This document shows, piece after piece, positions 34,254 through 44,129 of a stretch of DNA of 64,000 bases. Numbering within the stretch: the stretch's first letter is position 1; each line of letters starts with the position of its first letter. The stretch spans positions 39,254 to 103,253 of the forward strand of contig JAZNZE010000004.1 in assembly GCA_045594785.1 (NCBI GenBank), given 5' to 3'. The translations under genes and the position numbers were made by a program. Origin of the DNA: Eubacteriales bacterium. GTDB lineage: Bacteria; Bacillota; Clostridia; Oscillospirales; CAG-272. The notes beneath the pieces are model-generated. The model worked only from the letters and a program-made list of their open reading frames with translations. It was not told the DNA's origin and did no database searches.

Positions 34254-37200
34254 ATGACGGATATTTTTTCGCTTATCCGTTGGGACAAGGAATTTATCCA
34301 CTCGGTTGAGGCTATCCGCGAGCAGCTTAATGCAAATTCTCCCCTGCCCATAGCGATAAACGGCTTGCAGGGCGGCGCGACAACTGCCTTTCTCTGCGAA
34401 GCTCTTCGAGAAGCCGTGAGGCTCTCGGGTGTGCCTGCTCTGGTTCTCGTGCGAGACGAGGGGACGAGGGCAAAAATTGCTTCGGATATCTGTGCGTGCG
34501 GATTGCGCGCGCTTGAGTACAAGTCCCGCGAACCCGTGTTTCATAACATTTCAGCCTCTGCCGATGTGGATCGGGAGAGGCTTTCGGTGCTTCTTTCGGT
34601 AATGCGCGGCGAATGCGATGCGGTGGTTTCCACTCTTTCGGCTGCGCTTTCGTATACGATGCCTGCCGCAATACTCAGCGAAGGCTCAGTTTCTCTTTCG
34701 GTGGGGGACGAGATGCCCTTTGGCGAGCTGGAAAAGAGGCTTTCCTCTCTCGGCTTTATGAGAGTTGAGACGGTTGAATCGGCGGGTCAGTTTGCCGTGC
34801 GCGGCGGTATACTTGATATTCTTACCGGAAGTGATAATCCCCCTACGCGCGTTGAGTTTTTCGGTGACGAGGTGGATAGAATTTCGGTTTTTGATATCGA
34901 GAGCCAGCGCACCGTTGGAACGGGCGAGCGCCTTTCGGTTTTTCCTGCCGTTGAGGTGATTATCGATAAGCCTGCATCGCATAGGATTATCAAGGAAATT
35001 GATAAGCTTCTTCGCGATGTACCCGATGAGATAGGGCGCGAAAAGCTTATGCGCGAGCGCTCTTATCTTGAAGCAGGACTTTCTCTTCCGTCAAGAGACA
35101 AATATTTTTCGCTTGTATACAAAGAAAAGGAAAACCTTCTCTCATACTTTAAAAACCTTTCTTCGCGCGCGGCTGTGTTCACTCTCGGAACGAATGAAAT
35201 ACGCGAGGAGGCTTCAAAGCGCGCAGAGCTCGTTTCTTCTTCGGTATCCGAGCTTGAGGCTTCGGGACTTCTGTTTAAATCTACGGCTCAGACCTCAGCG
35301 CCCGTCTCCTCTGCCGACACTCTTCTTTCAGAGCTGGTAAGGGTTGACGTAAACCCGTTCGCGGGCGGACTTGGCTCTATGCGCCTTGGCGGACTTTTTG
35401 GATTCCGCTGCCGCAGGACTGTGGAATACGGAGGCTCTCCCTCGCTTCTTTTTGATGACGTGAGGGGGCTGAGAAAGTCGCTTTACAGAACGCTTATTCT
35501 CTCCGAAACAAAGCAGGGGGCAGAGTCGCTCGTTGCTTCTCTCGGAGCTGAGGACATATACGCAGAGCCGATTTACGAGCTTGACAGCTTTGATTTGGCG
35601 AAAGCCGAGGGCGGCAGAGTTTTCGTTGGCGTTGGAGAGGCTGAGGGCTTTGACCTTATTTCTCCGAAAATTGCCGTGCTATCTATGCGCACGCCCGAAG
35701 GCCACGTTATAATGAAGCGCCGCCGCGAAAAGAGGCTTATCAAAAAGCTTGGCGGAGCAGGGCAGAGGCTTATGAGCCACGCCGACCTTTCGGTAGGCGA
35801 TTACGTCGTACACGCAAACTACGGTATAGGACTTTTCGAGGGAATTCAGGCTGTAACCGTTGACGGAGTTACAAGAGATTACATTACGATAAGATATGCG
35901 GGAACGGATAAGCTTTTCGTTCCTTGCGACAGAATTGAGCTTATCGGAAAATATATAGGTAAAAAGGACGATACAGGTGAGGTAAAGCTATCCAAAATGG
36001 GTGGCGGAGACTGGCTTCGCACGAAGACCAAGGCAAAGAGCGCGGCAAGGGATATCGCGAAAAATCTTCTTGCGCTTTATGCCGAGAGGCAGAGAAGCGA
36101 GGGCTTTGCTTTCCCTGCCGACAGCGACCTCGAGGACGAATTTGCGGCTTCCTTTGATTACGAGGAAACTCTTTCTCAGCTTATAGCCATTGAGGAAATA
36201 AAGCAGGATATGATGCGTCCCATTCCTATGAACAGGCTGCTTTGCGGTGACGTTGGATTCGGTAAAACCGAGGTTGCGCTCAGAGCTGCATTCAAGGCTA
36301 TTATGGGCGGCAAGCAGGTTGCTTTTCTCGTTCCTACGACCATTCTGGCGCTTCAGCATTATCAGACCGCGCTTTCCAGAATGAGAGGCTATCCGATTAC
36401 GGTGGAAATGATATCCAGATTCAGAAAACCGAAGGAGCAGGAGCAAATTCTCCGAAGGGCGAGAAGAGGCGAAATCGATATTCTTATAGGTACTCATAAG
36501 CTGCTTTCAAGCAAGGTGGAATTCCACGACCTCGGACTTCTGATAATAGACGAGGAGCAGCGCTTTGGCGTTTCCCAGAAGGAAAAGCTGAAGGAAATGA
36601 GAAAGAACGTTGACGTTCTTACCCTCACCGCAACTCCTATTCCCAGAACGCTTAATATGGCTATGAACGGAATATCCGATATGTCAATTCTTGACGAAGC
36701 ACCGGGAGAGAGACACCCGGTTCAGACCTACGTTCTCGAATATGACGAGGGAATAATATACGATGCCATAAGAAAAGAAATTCAGAGAGCCGGTCAGGTG
36801 CTCTATCTTTATAACAGAGTCAGCGATATAATATACGTTGCGGATAAGATAATGAAGGCTATTCCCGAGGCAAGAGTTGCCGTAGCTCACGGAGCTATGG
36901 AAAAGGATGAGCTTGAGGATATCTGGCAGTCTCTCGTCAGGGGCGAGATAGACGTTCTCGTCTGCACAACGATTATAGAGACGGGAGTTGACCTTCCGAA
37001 CGCAAATACTCTGATAATTGAAAATGCCGACAGAATGGGTCTCTCTCAGCTTCACCAGATACGAGGAAGAGTGGGAAGAAGCGAGCGCGTTGCTTACGCT
37101 TATTTCACCTTCAGACCCGGCAAGGCGCTCTCCGAGGTAGCAACCAAGAGGCTTAACGCAATAAGAGAGTTTGCCACCTTCGGAGCAGGCTTTAAGATTG

Positions 37201-37802
37201 CTCTTCGCGACCTTGAAATAAGAGGCGCGGGAAATCTGCTGGGAGCAGAGCAGCACGGATATATAGAGAGTGTCGGATACGACCTTTACGTAAAGCTTCT
37301 TTCCGAGGCGGTGCTTGAGGAAAGCGGCAGAGCTGAGGCGGTGCAGCCCGATGCAACCGTGGATATCAAGGTTTCGGCAAATATTCCCGAAAGATATATC
37401 CGCGTAAGCTCTCAGAGAATGGAAATGTATAAAAAAATATCCCTAATCAAAGACAAAGAGGATATGCAGGATATTCTTGACGAGTTCATAGACCGATTCG
37501 GAGAGCCGCCCAGAGAAACTCTGGCGCTTCTTAAGATTTCGCTTATCAGAGCGCTGGCAACAAAATGCTCAATAACGAAGGTTGAGGCAAGAGAAAATTC
37601 GCTCATATTCACAGCGGATAAAGCCGGTCTTGAGGTGTGGTCCGAGGTGTTTGGCAAAATCAACGGCATAACTCTGCGTCCCTTCGGTCAGGGTATGGCT
37701 GTCGTATACAGGCTTCAGAGCGGTGAGAGCGCAGTTGACGGCGCACTCAGAATTCTTAAGCTCTATACAGATGCGGCAAATAAAAGCAAAGAGGAAAAAT
37801 AA
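34254..37802 (+). CDS. mfd: transcription-repair coupling factor
   Basis: 1182 aa with a UvrB-homology N-terminus, an RNAP-interaction domain (DYVVHANYGIG), superfamily-2 helicase motifs (GDVGFGKTEVA, DEEQRFG) and a TRG motif region. pth-mfd synteny. Confidence 0.95.
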   Translation: MTDIFSLIRWDKEFIHSVEAIREQLNANSPLPIAINGLQGGATTAFLCEALREAVRLSGVPALVLVRDEGTRAKIASDICACGLRALEYKSREPVFHNISASADVDRERLSVLLSVMRGECDAVVSTLSAALSYTMPAAILSEGSVSLSVGDEMPFGELEKRLSSLGFMRVETVESAGQFAVRGGILDILTGSDNPPTRVEFFGDEVDRISVFDIESQRTVGTGERLSVFPAVEVIIDKPASHRIIKEIDKLLRDVPDEIGREKLMRERSYLEAGLSLPSRDKYFSLVYKEKENLLSYFKNLSSRAAVFTLGTNEIREEASKRAELVSSSVSELEASGLLFKSTAQTSAPVSSADTLLSELVRVDVNPFAGGLGSMRLGGLFGFRCRRTVEYGGSPSLLFDDVRGLRKSLYRTLILSETKQGAESLVASLGAEDIYAEPIYELDSFDLAKAEGGRVFVGVGEAEGFDLISPKIAVLSMRTPEGHVIMKRRREKRLIKKLGGAGQRLMSHADLSVGDYVVHANYGIGLFEGIQAVTVDGVTRDYITIRYAGTDKLFVPCDRIELIGKYIGKKDDTGEVKLSKMGGGDWLRTKTKAKSAARDIAKNLLALYAERQRSEGFAFPADSDLEDEFAASFDYEETLSQLIAIEEIKQDMMRPIPMNRLLCGDVGFGKTEVALRAAFKAIMGGKQVAFLVPTTILALQHYQTALSRMRGYPITVEMISRFRKPKEQEQILRRARRGEIDILIGTHKLLSSKVEFHDLGLLIIDEEQRFGVSQKEKLKEMRKNVDVLTLTATPIPRTLNMAMNGISDMSILDEAPGERHPVQTYVLEYDEGIIYDAIRKEIQRAGQVLYLYNRVSDIIYVADKIMKAIPEARVAVAHGAMEKDELEDIWQSLVRGEIDVLVCTTIIETGVDLPNANTLIIENADRMGLSQLHQIRGRVGRSERVAYAYFTFRPGKALSEVATKRLNAIREFATFGAGFKIALRDLEIRGAGNLLGAEQHGYIESVGYDLYVKLLSEAVLEESGRAEAVQPDATVDIKVSANIPERYIRVSSQRMEMYKKISLIKDKEDMQDILDEFIDRFGEPPRETLALLKISLIRALATKCSITKVEARENSLIFTADKAGLEVWSEVFGKINGITLRPFGQGMAVVYRLQSGESAVDGALRILKLYTDAANKSKEEK

Positions 37803-37803
37803 G

Positions 37804-39048
37804 GTGACTATTAAAGCTCAAAAAACTAAAGAAAAGATGAGCAGAGGCAGGATAGTGCTAACATTAGTTTGCATTTTTATGGCTTTAGTTCTGATTTTCG
37901 GCATAGTTTTCGGAATAGTTCTGATTGTCAGAAATGCAAAAGCCGTCCTTTCTTACGGCAACGTGCGCATAGGCGAGGACGAGGCGTACTTTCTTTCTGC
38001 CTTCTATAAGTATAGCTTTTTGATTGACTATGCTTCGGACGGAGCGGAGGATACTCCTGAGTTCTGGAATTCTGCATACGATGATGACAAAACCTACGGC
38101 GAGCTTCTCAGAGAGGGGAGCGAAAAATACGTAAGGGAAACCGTAGTTAAGGCTTATCTTTTTGATAAATTCTGCGACTTTGATACTCTTGACGAAATAA
38201 AAGTCAAAAGGGCGGTAAAACAGATTATTGATTTCAGAGCCTCAGGAAGCGAAGAAAAATTTAGTGAAATTTACGAAAAGTACGGCTTTGATTTTGAAGC
38301 CTTTCAAAATATGGCAGCCGTTCTCTATAAGGCTGCGGTTGTCAAGGACAGAATTTACGGAGAAAACGGAGAGAGTGCCAGCAGATTAACCTCTGAATGC
38401 AATAAATATTTTGAGAACTACTCGCACGTAAAGCTTCTGTTTATAAGAACCGAGGATACCTACGTTCTTGACGGTGAGGGAAACCTGACCTTTGACGAGA
38501 AAACGGGTGAGCCGATTACTATCAGTCTTACGGATAGCGAAAAGGCTCAGAGGCAGGCTCTTCTTGCGGAAATACGAGCCTCAGTAAAGGCTTTCGAGGA
38601 TAAGAGTGACGACTATAGAATGACACCCGAATATTTTGACACTCTGCTTTCGAGGCATAACGAGGAGCTTAGAGACAGAAATCAATCGGGTCATTATTTC
38701 CTCGCGGAGTCCTCATACACGGCGGCATTTATAAGAAACAAAGACGGCACGGCAGACCTGCAGCGCGCCGAGATAGTCAAGCGCGCGCTCTCTATGAAAA
38801 AGGATAGCTATGCCGAGCTTGCCTATGAGGGCGGAGTTTGCTTTATTTATAAGTACGAAAACACTCCGATGGCATATACCGATACCTCGGCAGACGGATT
38901 TTTCCCTGATTTCTATTCGCTCGTAGCTGCGAAAACCTTCAGCGATGCCGTAAGCGACCTTTCCTCTGAGGTAAAGGTAAAGAATAAATTCTCGGATATT
39001 GATATTATAGCGATGCCGAGTGAAAAAATGTTTATTCCGAGGTTCTGA
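37804..39048 (+). CDS. membrane-anchored hypothetical protein (possibly PrsA/SurA-like chaperone-type, no rotamase motif recognised)
   Basis: GTG 37804 has AGAGGA 8 nt upstream; the alternative start is ATG 37837. One N-terminal TM helix (IVLTLVCIFMALVLIFGIVFGIVLIV), then an acidic extracytoplasmic domain. It sits downstream of mfd, where foldase-like genes often lie in Clostridia. Confidence 0.5.
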   Translation: MTIKAQKTKEKMSRGRIVLTLVCIFMALVLIFGIVFGIVLIVRNAKAVLSYGNVRIGEDEAYFLSAFYKYSFLIDYASDGAEDTPEFWNSAYDDDKTYGELLREGSEKYVRETVVKAYLFDKFCDFDTLDEIKVKRAVKQIIDFRASGSEEKFSEIYEKYGFDFEAFQNMAAVLYKAAVVKDRIYGENGESASRLTSECNKYFENYSHVKLLFIRTEDTYVLDGEGNLTFDEKTGEPITISLTDSEKAQRQALLAEIRASVKAFEDKSDDYRMTPEYFDTLLSRHNEELRDRNQSGHYFLAESSYTAAFIRNKDGTADLQRAEIVKRALSMKKDSYAELAYEGGVCFIYKYENTPMAYTDTSADGFFPDFYSLVAAKTFSDAVSDLSSEVKVKNKFSDIDIIAMPSEKMFIPRF

Positions 39049-39049
39049 T

Positions 39050-39988
39050 ATGGGAATTTTTTTAGCGGCTCTTATTGCGGTGGCAATTCTGCTTCTGACC
39101 GCAGCTCCCGGATATATTCTCATTAAAGCCAAGGCTATTTCGCGTGAGAGTATTCCTGCGTTTTCAAAGGTTTTGCTTTTCGTTTGCCAGTCCTCGCTGG
39201 TTATATATACCTTTTCCGTGACACCCTATTCGGCTGATATGCTGAAAAATCTCGGGCTATTTATGCTCGGAACTGTCGCAATTCACGCGGTGATGCTTAT
39301 CGGAGCTTGCCTTATACTTTATAAGAAATTCGACAACGTTACCGCCAGAATATCAACGATAGCGACCACCTTTGCAAACAGTGCCTTTTTCGGAATTCCG
39401 ATAATTGAGGCGGTTATGGGAGACGGAGCGTCAGAGCTTATAATTTATACTACGGTTTACGCTATGGTAATGAATCTTCTCGGCTGGACGGCAGGCTCTG
39501 CGATAATATCAAAAAGCCGAAAGTATATTTCGTTAAAGAAGCTTTTCGTTAACCCTTATATGATAAGCGTAATAATTTCCCTGCCGTTATTTCTTTTCTC
39601 GCTGAGCCTTCCCGCACAGCTTGAAAATATGATAACGATACTCGGAAAAATGACCACGCCTCTTTCTATGCTTATTATAGGAATGCGTCTTGCAACCTCT
39701 GAATTAAAGAGCGTTTTCGGAGACCTTAAAATATATGCCGCCGCGCTCGTAAAGCTTGTGGTAATGCCGCTTCTGGCATTTTGCATTATATATTTCTTTC
39801 CGCTTCCGCCTGAGGCAAAAAAGACCTTTTATATAATTTGTGCCTGCCCTACGGCATCAATAGTTCTCAACTTTTCCGAGATTATCGGAGAGGGGCAAAA
39901 GGAAGCGGTTGCATCGGTTCTTCTTTCTACCGTGCTTAGTATAGGAACACTTCCGCTTATGATGCTTCTTTTGCCTCTTCTTGCGTAA
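39050..39988 (+). CDS. AEC (auxin efflux carrier) family transporter
   Basis: Start ATG 39050 (MGIFLAALIAV). About 10 TM helices and an AEC-type two-repeat layout. Confidence 0.75.
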   Translation: MGIFLAALIAVAILLLTAAPGYILIKAKAISRESIPAFSKVLLFVCQSSLVIYTFSVTPYSADMLKNLGLFMLGTVAIHAVMLIGACLILYKKFDNVTARISTIATTFANSAFFGIPIIEAVMGDGASELIIYTTVYAMVMNLLGWTAGSAIISKSRKYISLKKLFVNPYMISVIISLPLFLFSLSLPAQLENMITILGKMTTPLSMLIIGMRLATSELKSVFGDLKIYAAALVKLVVMPLLAFCIIYFFPLPPEAKKTFYIICACPTASIVLNFSEIIGEGQKEAVASVLLSTVLSIGTLPLMMLLLPLLA

Positions 39989-39994
39989 CGAAAA

Positions 39995-40027
39995 AACAGG
40001 ATTTTCACCTTGAAAATCCTGTTTTTT
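39995..40027. terminator. bidirectional rho-independent terminator
   Basis: Stem aacaggatttt / aaaatcctgtt, flanked by an A-run upstream and a T-run downstream. Lies between convergent genes. Confidence 0.8.
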
Positions 40028-40110
40028 GTATTGAATTTTGCGAACGCTTGTCCCTACGGTATTGATTTACGGACAGTCGGGGTCGCTTGTTTCTACGGTA
40101 TTTGTATTGA

Positions 40111-41217
40111 TTATAACAGAGCTTCGTAAATGAGCTTTGCGATTGCGAGATGCTCTCCTTTGAATATCTTCGGCCAGTTTAAGATATTCATACCCATAGT
40201 TATTGATATTCGGTTATCGGTGTCAACGAGAACGTAAGAGCCTGCCGCGCCGTCCCAGCCGAATTCGCCCTTCGGAATTCCGCATTCAAGCGGAAGAGTA
40301 CGCACGCGCACACCGAGTCCGTAGCCGTAGTCTGTACCCTGAACGCAGGTGAAGGTGTTTTTTACGTTCACCGAGTCAAACTGTATTTCTTTCATTTTTT
40401 CTATCGTTTCGGAATTTATAAGCCGATATCCGTCAGCTGATATGCCGCCTGAGGCAAGCGCGTCTGCAAAAATCGCATAGTCGTCTACTGTTGATATCAG
40501 ACTTGAGCCTCCGTTGCGGTATTTTCTTACAGGGCTGCGGCGTGCAAAAGCGCTTTTGCTTTCGGGCTTGAATCCGTCCTCGGTTATTTCAAATACCGTA
40601 GGAGGATTTTCCGCATGCTTTTCATGAAACATTGTAGAGTTTTTCATTCCCAGAGGATTAAAAATATGCTTTTGCATATATTTCGCAAGGTCAACTCCCT
40701 CTACAGTCTCAATAAGCGCTCCGAGCGCATCGTGAGAAAGGCTGTAGAGAAATCTTTCTCCCGGTTTAAAGTTAAGAGGTTTCTTAAGGTACTCGCAAAC
40801 TACGTCCGTTGTTGTTGCGGTATCGTATTTTTCTTTGGCAAGCTTTTCTACCTCGGGAGTATATCTTTTATAATCAAAGCCTGTTGACATGGAAAAAAGG
40901 TGGCGGACTTTTATAATTTCGGAATGCTTTTCTCCGTTTTCGTCTAAGGTGTAAGCCTTTTCAAATTCAGGGATATATTTTGACACGGGGTCGTCAAGGG
41001 AAATCTTTCCCTCCTCAATAAGCCTCATTCCCGAAACCGCGGTCAGAACCTTGGTGCAGGAGAACATAGACAGAAGCTCCCTGTCATCGAAACTAGCTTC
41101 GTACGAGCCGCAGTGCTTGTAAACCGGCTCGTGATTTTTATATACGCGAACGTCAAGAAGCGGCAGCTTCTTTTCTTTAATGAGCTTATCTATATAAGCA
41201 GTAGTCTTTCTGAACAT
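40111..41217 (-). CDS. serine hydrolase, beta-lactamase/transpeptidase-like (class C-type fold), paralog 2
   Basis: 368 aa with the SxxK motif in MFSCTKVLTAV. No signal peptide. Confidence 0.8.
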   Translation of the reverse strand: MFRKTTAYIDKLIKEKKLPLLDVRVYKNHEPVYKHCGSYEASFDDRELLSMFSCTKVLTAVSGMRLIEEGKISLDDPVSKYIPEFEKAYTLDENGEKHSEIIKVRHLFSMSTGFDYKRYTPEVEKLAKEKYDTATTTDVVCEYLKKPLNFKPGERFLYSLSHDALGALIETVEGVDLAKYMQKHIFNPLGMKNSTMFHEKHAENPPTVFEITEDGFKPESKSAFARRSPVRKYRNGGSSLISTVDDYAIFADALASGGISADGYRLINSETIEKMKEIQFDSVNVKNTFTCVQGTDYGYGLGVRVRTLPLECGIPKGEFGWDGAAGSYVLVDTDNRISITMGMNILNWPKIFKGEHLAIAKLIYEALL

Positions 41218-41220
41218 AAC

Positions 41221-42327
41221 TTAAATCAATTCCTCATAAAAAAGCTTTGCAATTTCGGTATGCTCGCCGCGGAAAACCTCGGGCCAGTTCATAATATTCA
41301 TACCCATAGTTATGGAGATGCCGTTATCTGTATCAACGAGAACGTAAGAGCCTGCCGCACCGTCCCAGCCGAATTCTCCCTTGGGAATTCCGCATTCGAG
41401 AGGGGAGGTTCGTACGCGAACACCCAGACCGTATCCGTAGTCCTTACCTTGAACACAGGTATAGTTATTGTCAACGTCAACGGCAAGGAAGTGTACTTCC
41501 TTCATCATTTCTACCGTTTCGGGCTTCAGAAGACGGTAGCCGTTCTTTGCAGTTCCGCTTGCCGCGAGAGTATCCGCAAATATCGCAAGGTCCTCGGTGG
41601 TAGAGATAAGTCCCGCACCGCCGCTTACGTAATTTTTCGTTGGGTGGAAGTGCTTATAGGAATTGCCCTTTTCGTGCTCGTAGCCGCCCGGCACTATATC
41701 GTGATTTATAGGCGGATTGTCTATATATTTTTCGCTCTTCATTGTGGAATTTTTCATTCCGAGAGGCTCGAAAATATACTTCTGCATATAATCCGCAAGA
41801 GTTATTCCCTCAACCGCTTCGATAAGCGCTCCGAGCGCATCGTGAGAGAGGCTGTAGAGAAAGTTCGCTCCGGGGGTGAAGTTCAGCGGCTTTTTTAAAA
41901 GGCTGCATATGACCTCAACCGTACCTGCGGTATCGTATTTTTCTTTAGATATCGCTAATATTTCCGGGCCTGTTAATTTGTAGTCAAATCCGCTAGACAT
42001 TGTAAAAAGGTGGCGCACTCTGATAATTTCGGGGTGCTTTTCTCCGTTTTTGTCTAAGGTGTAAGCCTTTTCAAATTCGGGGATATATTTTGACACGGGG
42101 TCGTCAAGGGAAATCTTTCCTTCCTCAATAAGCCTCATTCCCGAAACCGCGGTCAGAATCTTGGTGCAGGAGAACATACAGAGAAGCTCGCTGTCGTCAA
42201 ATTTTCCCGAATACGAGCCCCAGTGCTTGTAAAGGCAATCGTTATTTTTATAAACGCGAACGTCAAGAAGCGGTAATTTCTTTTCTTCTATAAGCTTATC
42301 GATATAAGCGGTGGCTTTGGTAAACAT
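41221..42327 (-). CDS. serine hydrolase, beta-lactamase/transpeptidase-like, paralog 1
   Basis: 368 aa and collinear with 40111..41217 (MFSCTKILTAV), with only 3 nt between the two genes. Confidence 0.8.
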   Translation of the reverse strand: MFTKATAYIDKLIEEKKLPLLDVRVYKNNDCLYKHWGSYSGKFDDSELLCMFSCTKILTAVSGMRLIEEGKISLDDPVSKYIPEFEKAYTLDKNGEKHPEIIRVRHLFTMSSGFDYKLTGPEILAISKEKYDTAGTVEVICSLLKKPLNFTPGANFLYSLSHDALGALIEAVEGITLADYMQKYIFEPLGMKNSTMKSEKYIDNPPINHDIVPGGYEHEKGNSYKHFHPTKNYVSGGAGLISTTEDLAIFADTLAASGTAKNGYRLLKPETVEMMKEVHFLAVDVDNNYTCVQGKDYGYGLGVRVRTSPLECGIPKGEFGWDGAAGSYVLVDTDNGISITMGMNIMNWPEVFRGEHTEIAKLFYEELI

Positions 42328-42344
42328 AATTTACACCTCAAAAA

Positions 42345-43718
42345 TTAAATATCTTTTGCAAGGCCCTTGCGGCGATTCCATTTTGCAAAAAGGAAGTATA
42401 GCGTTGCGGGTACTGCAAATCCGTACGGAGCAAGCGCATATCCGAGAACGAAGCCGAAAAATCCAAGGTCGAACACTATTCCGAAAAGCCAGGAAAGACC
42501 TATTCTCAGAACAACACCGTCAAGCATTGCAAGTACCATTGATAGCTTTGCGTTTCCTATTCCCGAAATAAACGCTCCGCTTCCTCTCATAAGTGCAAAG
42601 GCAGGGAACATCCAGAGAATAGCCTTGATAAAGGTTTCCGACATATCGTGAACGAGCGGGTCCTCTGAGAAGAGCATAAACAGCTCTGTGCCGAGGAATA
42701 CGTAAAGAAGCATAAACACAGCTGTCAGTATAAAGGAATATATCCACGCGTGGTAGACGACCTCTTTCATTCTTTTTTGATTTCCCGCGCCGTCATTCTG
42801 GCTTATCATAGGCATAGCGGCATACTGAATACCCTGGGAAATTTTGTTTATTATATCGTCAATACGAACGCCGACACCGAAGGTTGCCGAGGCAACTACA
42901 CCCGCATCGTTTATCATAGCGTTGACGAAAAGCATAGACAGATTTATAAAGCCGGACTGAACTGCCATAGGCGTTCCAAGCTTAAGAATCATAGAGGAAT
43001 ATCTTTTGCTGAGCGTGAAGCTTTCGCGCTTAAAATCAAAGCCGAATGCCGCCCTCTTGCGATAAAGGTATATTATCGAAAAGACGAAGGAGGCAGCCTG
43101 ACCGGTAATGGTAGCCCACGCCGCGCCTGCAACACCCCAGCCGAAAATACCTGTGAAAAGAATGTCTAAAACGAGGTTGACGGCAGAGGCTATACCGATA
43201 AACAGAAAAGGTCTTTTCGCATCTCCCATACCGCGAAGAACCGCAGAAACCATATTATAGCCTGCCGTGAAAACCAGACCGCCCGCGCATATAACGAGAT
43301 AGTCCCAAGCCATATCGTAGGATTCGGTAGGAATCTTTATTGCTTTAAGAATCGGAACGGAAAGTGCAATCATTGCTACGGAAAAGGCAAGAGCAATAAT
43401 CATAATGAGGCAGAAGAGCGTACCCATTATATCGTTCATTTCCTTCCGCTTTTTAGCACCGAGCGCCTGAGCTATAAGCACCTGACCCGCATTTGAAAAG
43501 CCGAGGCATACCATAGTTGCGAAGTTGACTATCTGGCTTGACTGCGAGACTGCCGAAAGTCCCGCCGTGCCAACGTATTCGCCAACGATAATCATATCTA
43601 TGGTGCTGTAAAAGACCTGTAATGCGTTTGACGCCATAAAGGGAAGCGCAAAAAGAAGAAGCTGACGCGCTATGCTGCCCTGTGTAAAATCCTTAGATAG
43701 TTTTTTTGCGTTCGTCAA
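42345..43718 (-). CDS. MATE family efflux transporter
   Basis: 457 aa with 12 TM helices and a typical MATE N-terminus (LSKDFTQGSIARQLLLFALPFMASNALQVFYSTIDMIIVG). Its own promoter on the - strand is TTGACA (43774-43779), spacer, TGnTAAAAT (43750-43755). Confidence 0.85.
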   Translation of the reverse strand: MTNAKKLSKDFTQGSIARQLLLFALPFMASNALQVFYSTIDMIIVGEYVGTAGLSAVSQSSQIVNFATMVCLGFSNAGQVLIAQALGAKKRKEMNDIMGTLFCLIMIIALAFSVAMIALSVPILKAIKIPTESYDMAWDYLVICAGGLVFTAGYNMVSAVLRGMGDAKRPFLFIGIASAVNLVLDILFTGIFGWGVAGAAWATITGQAASFVFSIIYLYRKRAAFGFDFKRESFTLSKRYSSMILKLGTPMAVQSGFINLSMLFVNAMINDAGVVASATFGVGVRIDDIINKISQGIQYAAMPMISQNDGAGNQKRMKEVVYHAWIYSFILTAVFMLLYVFLGTELFMLFSEDPLVHDMSETFIKAILWMFPAFALMRGSGAFISGIGNAKLSMVLAMLDGVVLRIGLSWLFGIVFDLGFFGFVLGYALAPYGFAVPATLYFLFAKWNRRKGLAKDI

Positions 43719-43838
43719 TTTAGTATCTCCAAAATATTTGTCCTTTAGTATTTTAGCACAGGATATATGTAATTGTCAATTAATTACAAAGAAAAAGACG
43801 GCCCGTTTTTCAGTCCGAGCCGACCTTATTTTTGAAAA

Positions 43839-44114
43839 CTATTCCTTTTTCTTTTTGCCCGAGGTAAGCGCATATTCACCGCCAAGATACATAGCGACAA
43901 GCCCGAACAGAACGGTTATAGACGTTGCGTAAATAAGAACCTTGAAAATCTTTTTGTAAATTACCGTGCATATAGCGGCTGCGCCCTCACCGCCTATAAT
44001 GATTGCGATAACGTATCCGAGAACGGTAAGTCCGCCTATAAAGAGGTTTATCATTATGCTGTATCCGAAAATAAGCTTGCACACCTCTGATATTTTTTTC
44101 AGCTTTTCTTTCAT
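43839..44114 (-). CDS. small membrane protein (2-3 TM) translationally linked to the DctM-like permease
   Basis: AGGAGG RBS in the 15-nt gap after the permease stop. Hydrophobic 91-aa product with a Lys-rich tail. A terminator-like hairpin follows downstream on the - strand. Confidence 0.55.
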   Translation of the reverse strand: MKEKLKKISEVCKLIFGYSIMINLFIGGLTVLGYVIAIIIGGEGAAAICTVIYKKIFKVLIYATSITVLFGLVAMYLGGEYALTSGKKKKE

Positions 44115-44129
44115 TAATCTATCCTCCTA

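Noticed and set aside
41113-41898. 261-aa ORF on the + strand
   Set aside because: It is antisense to the two serine-hydrolase paralogs and crosses their 3-nt junction.
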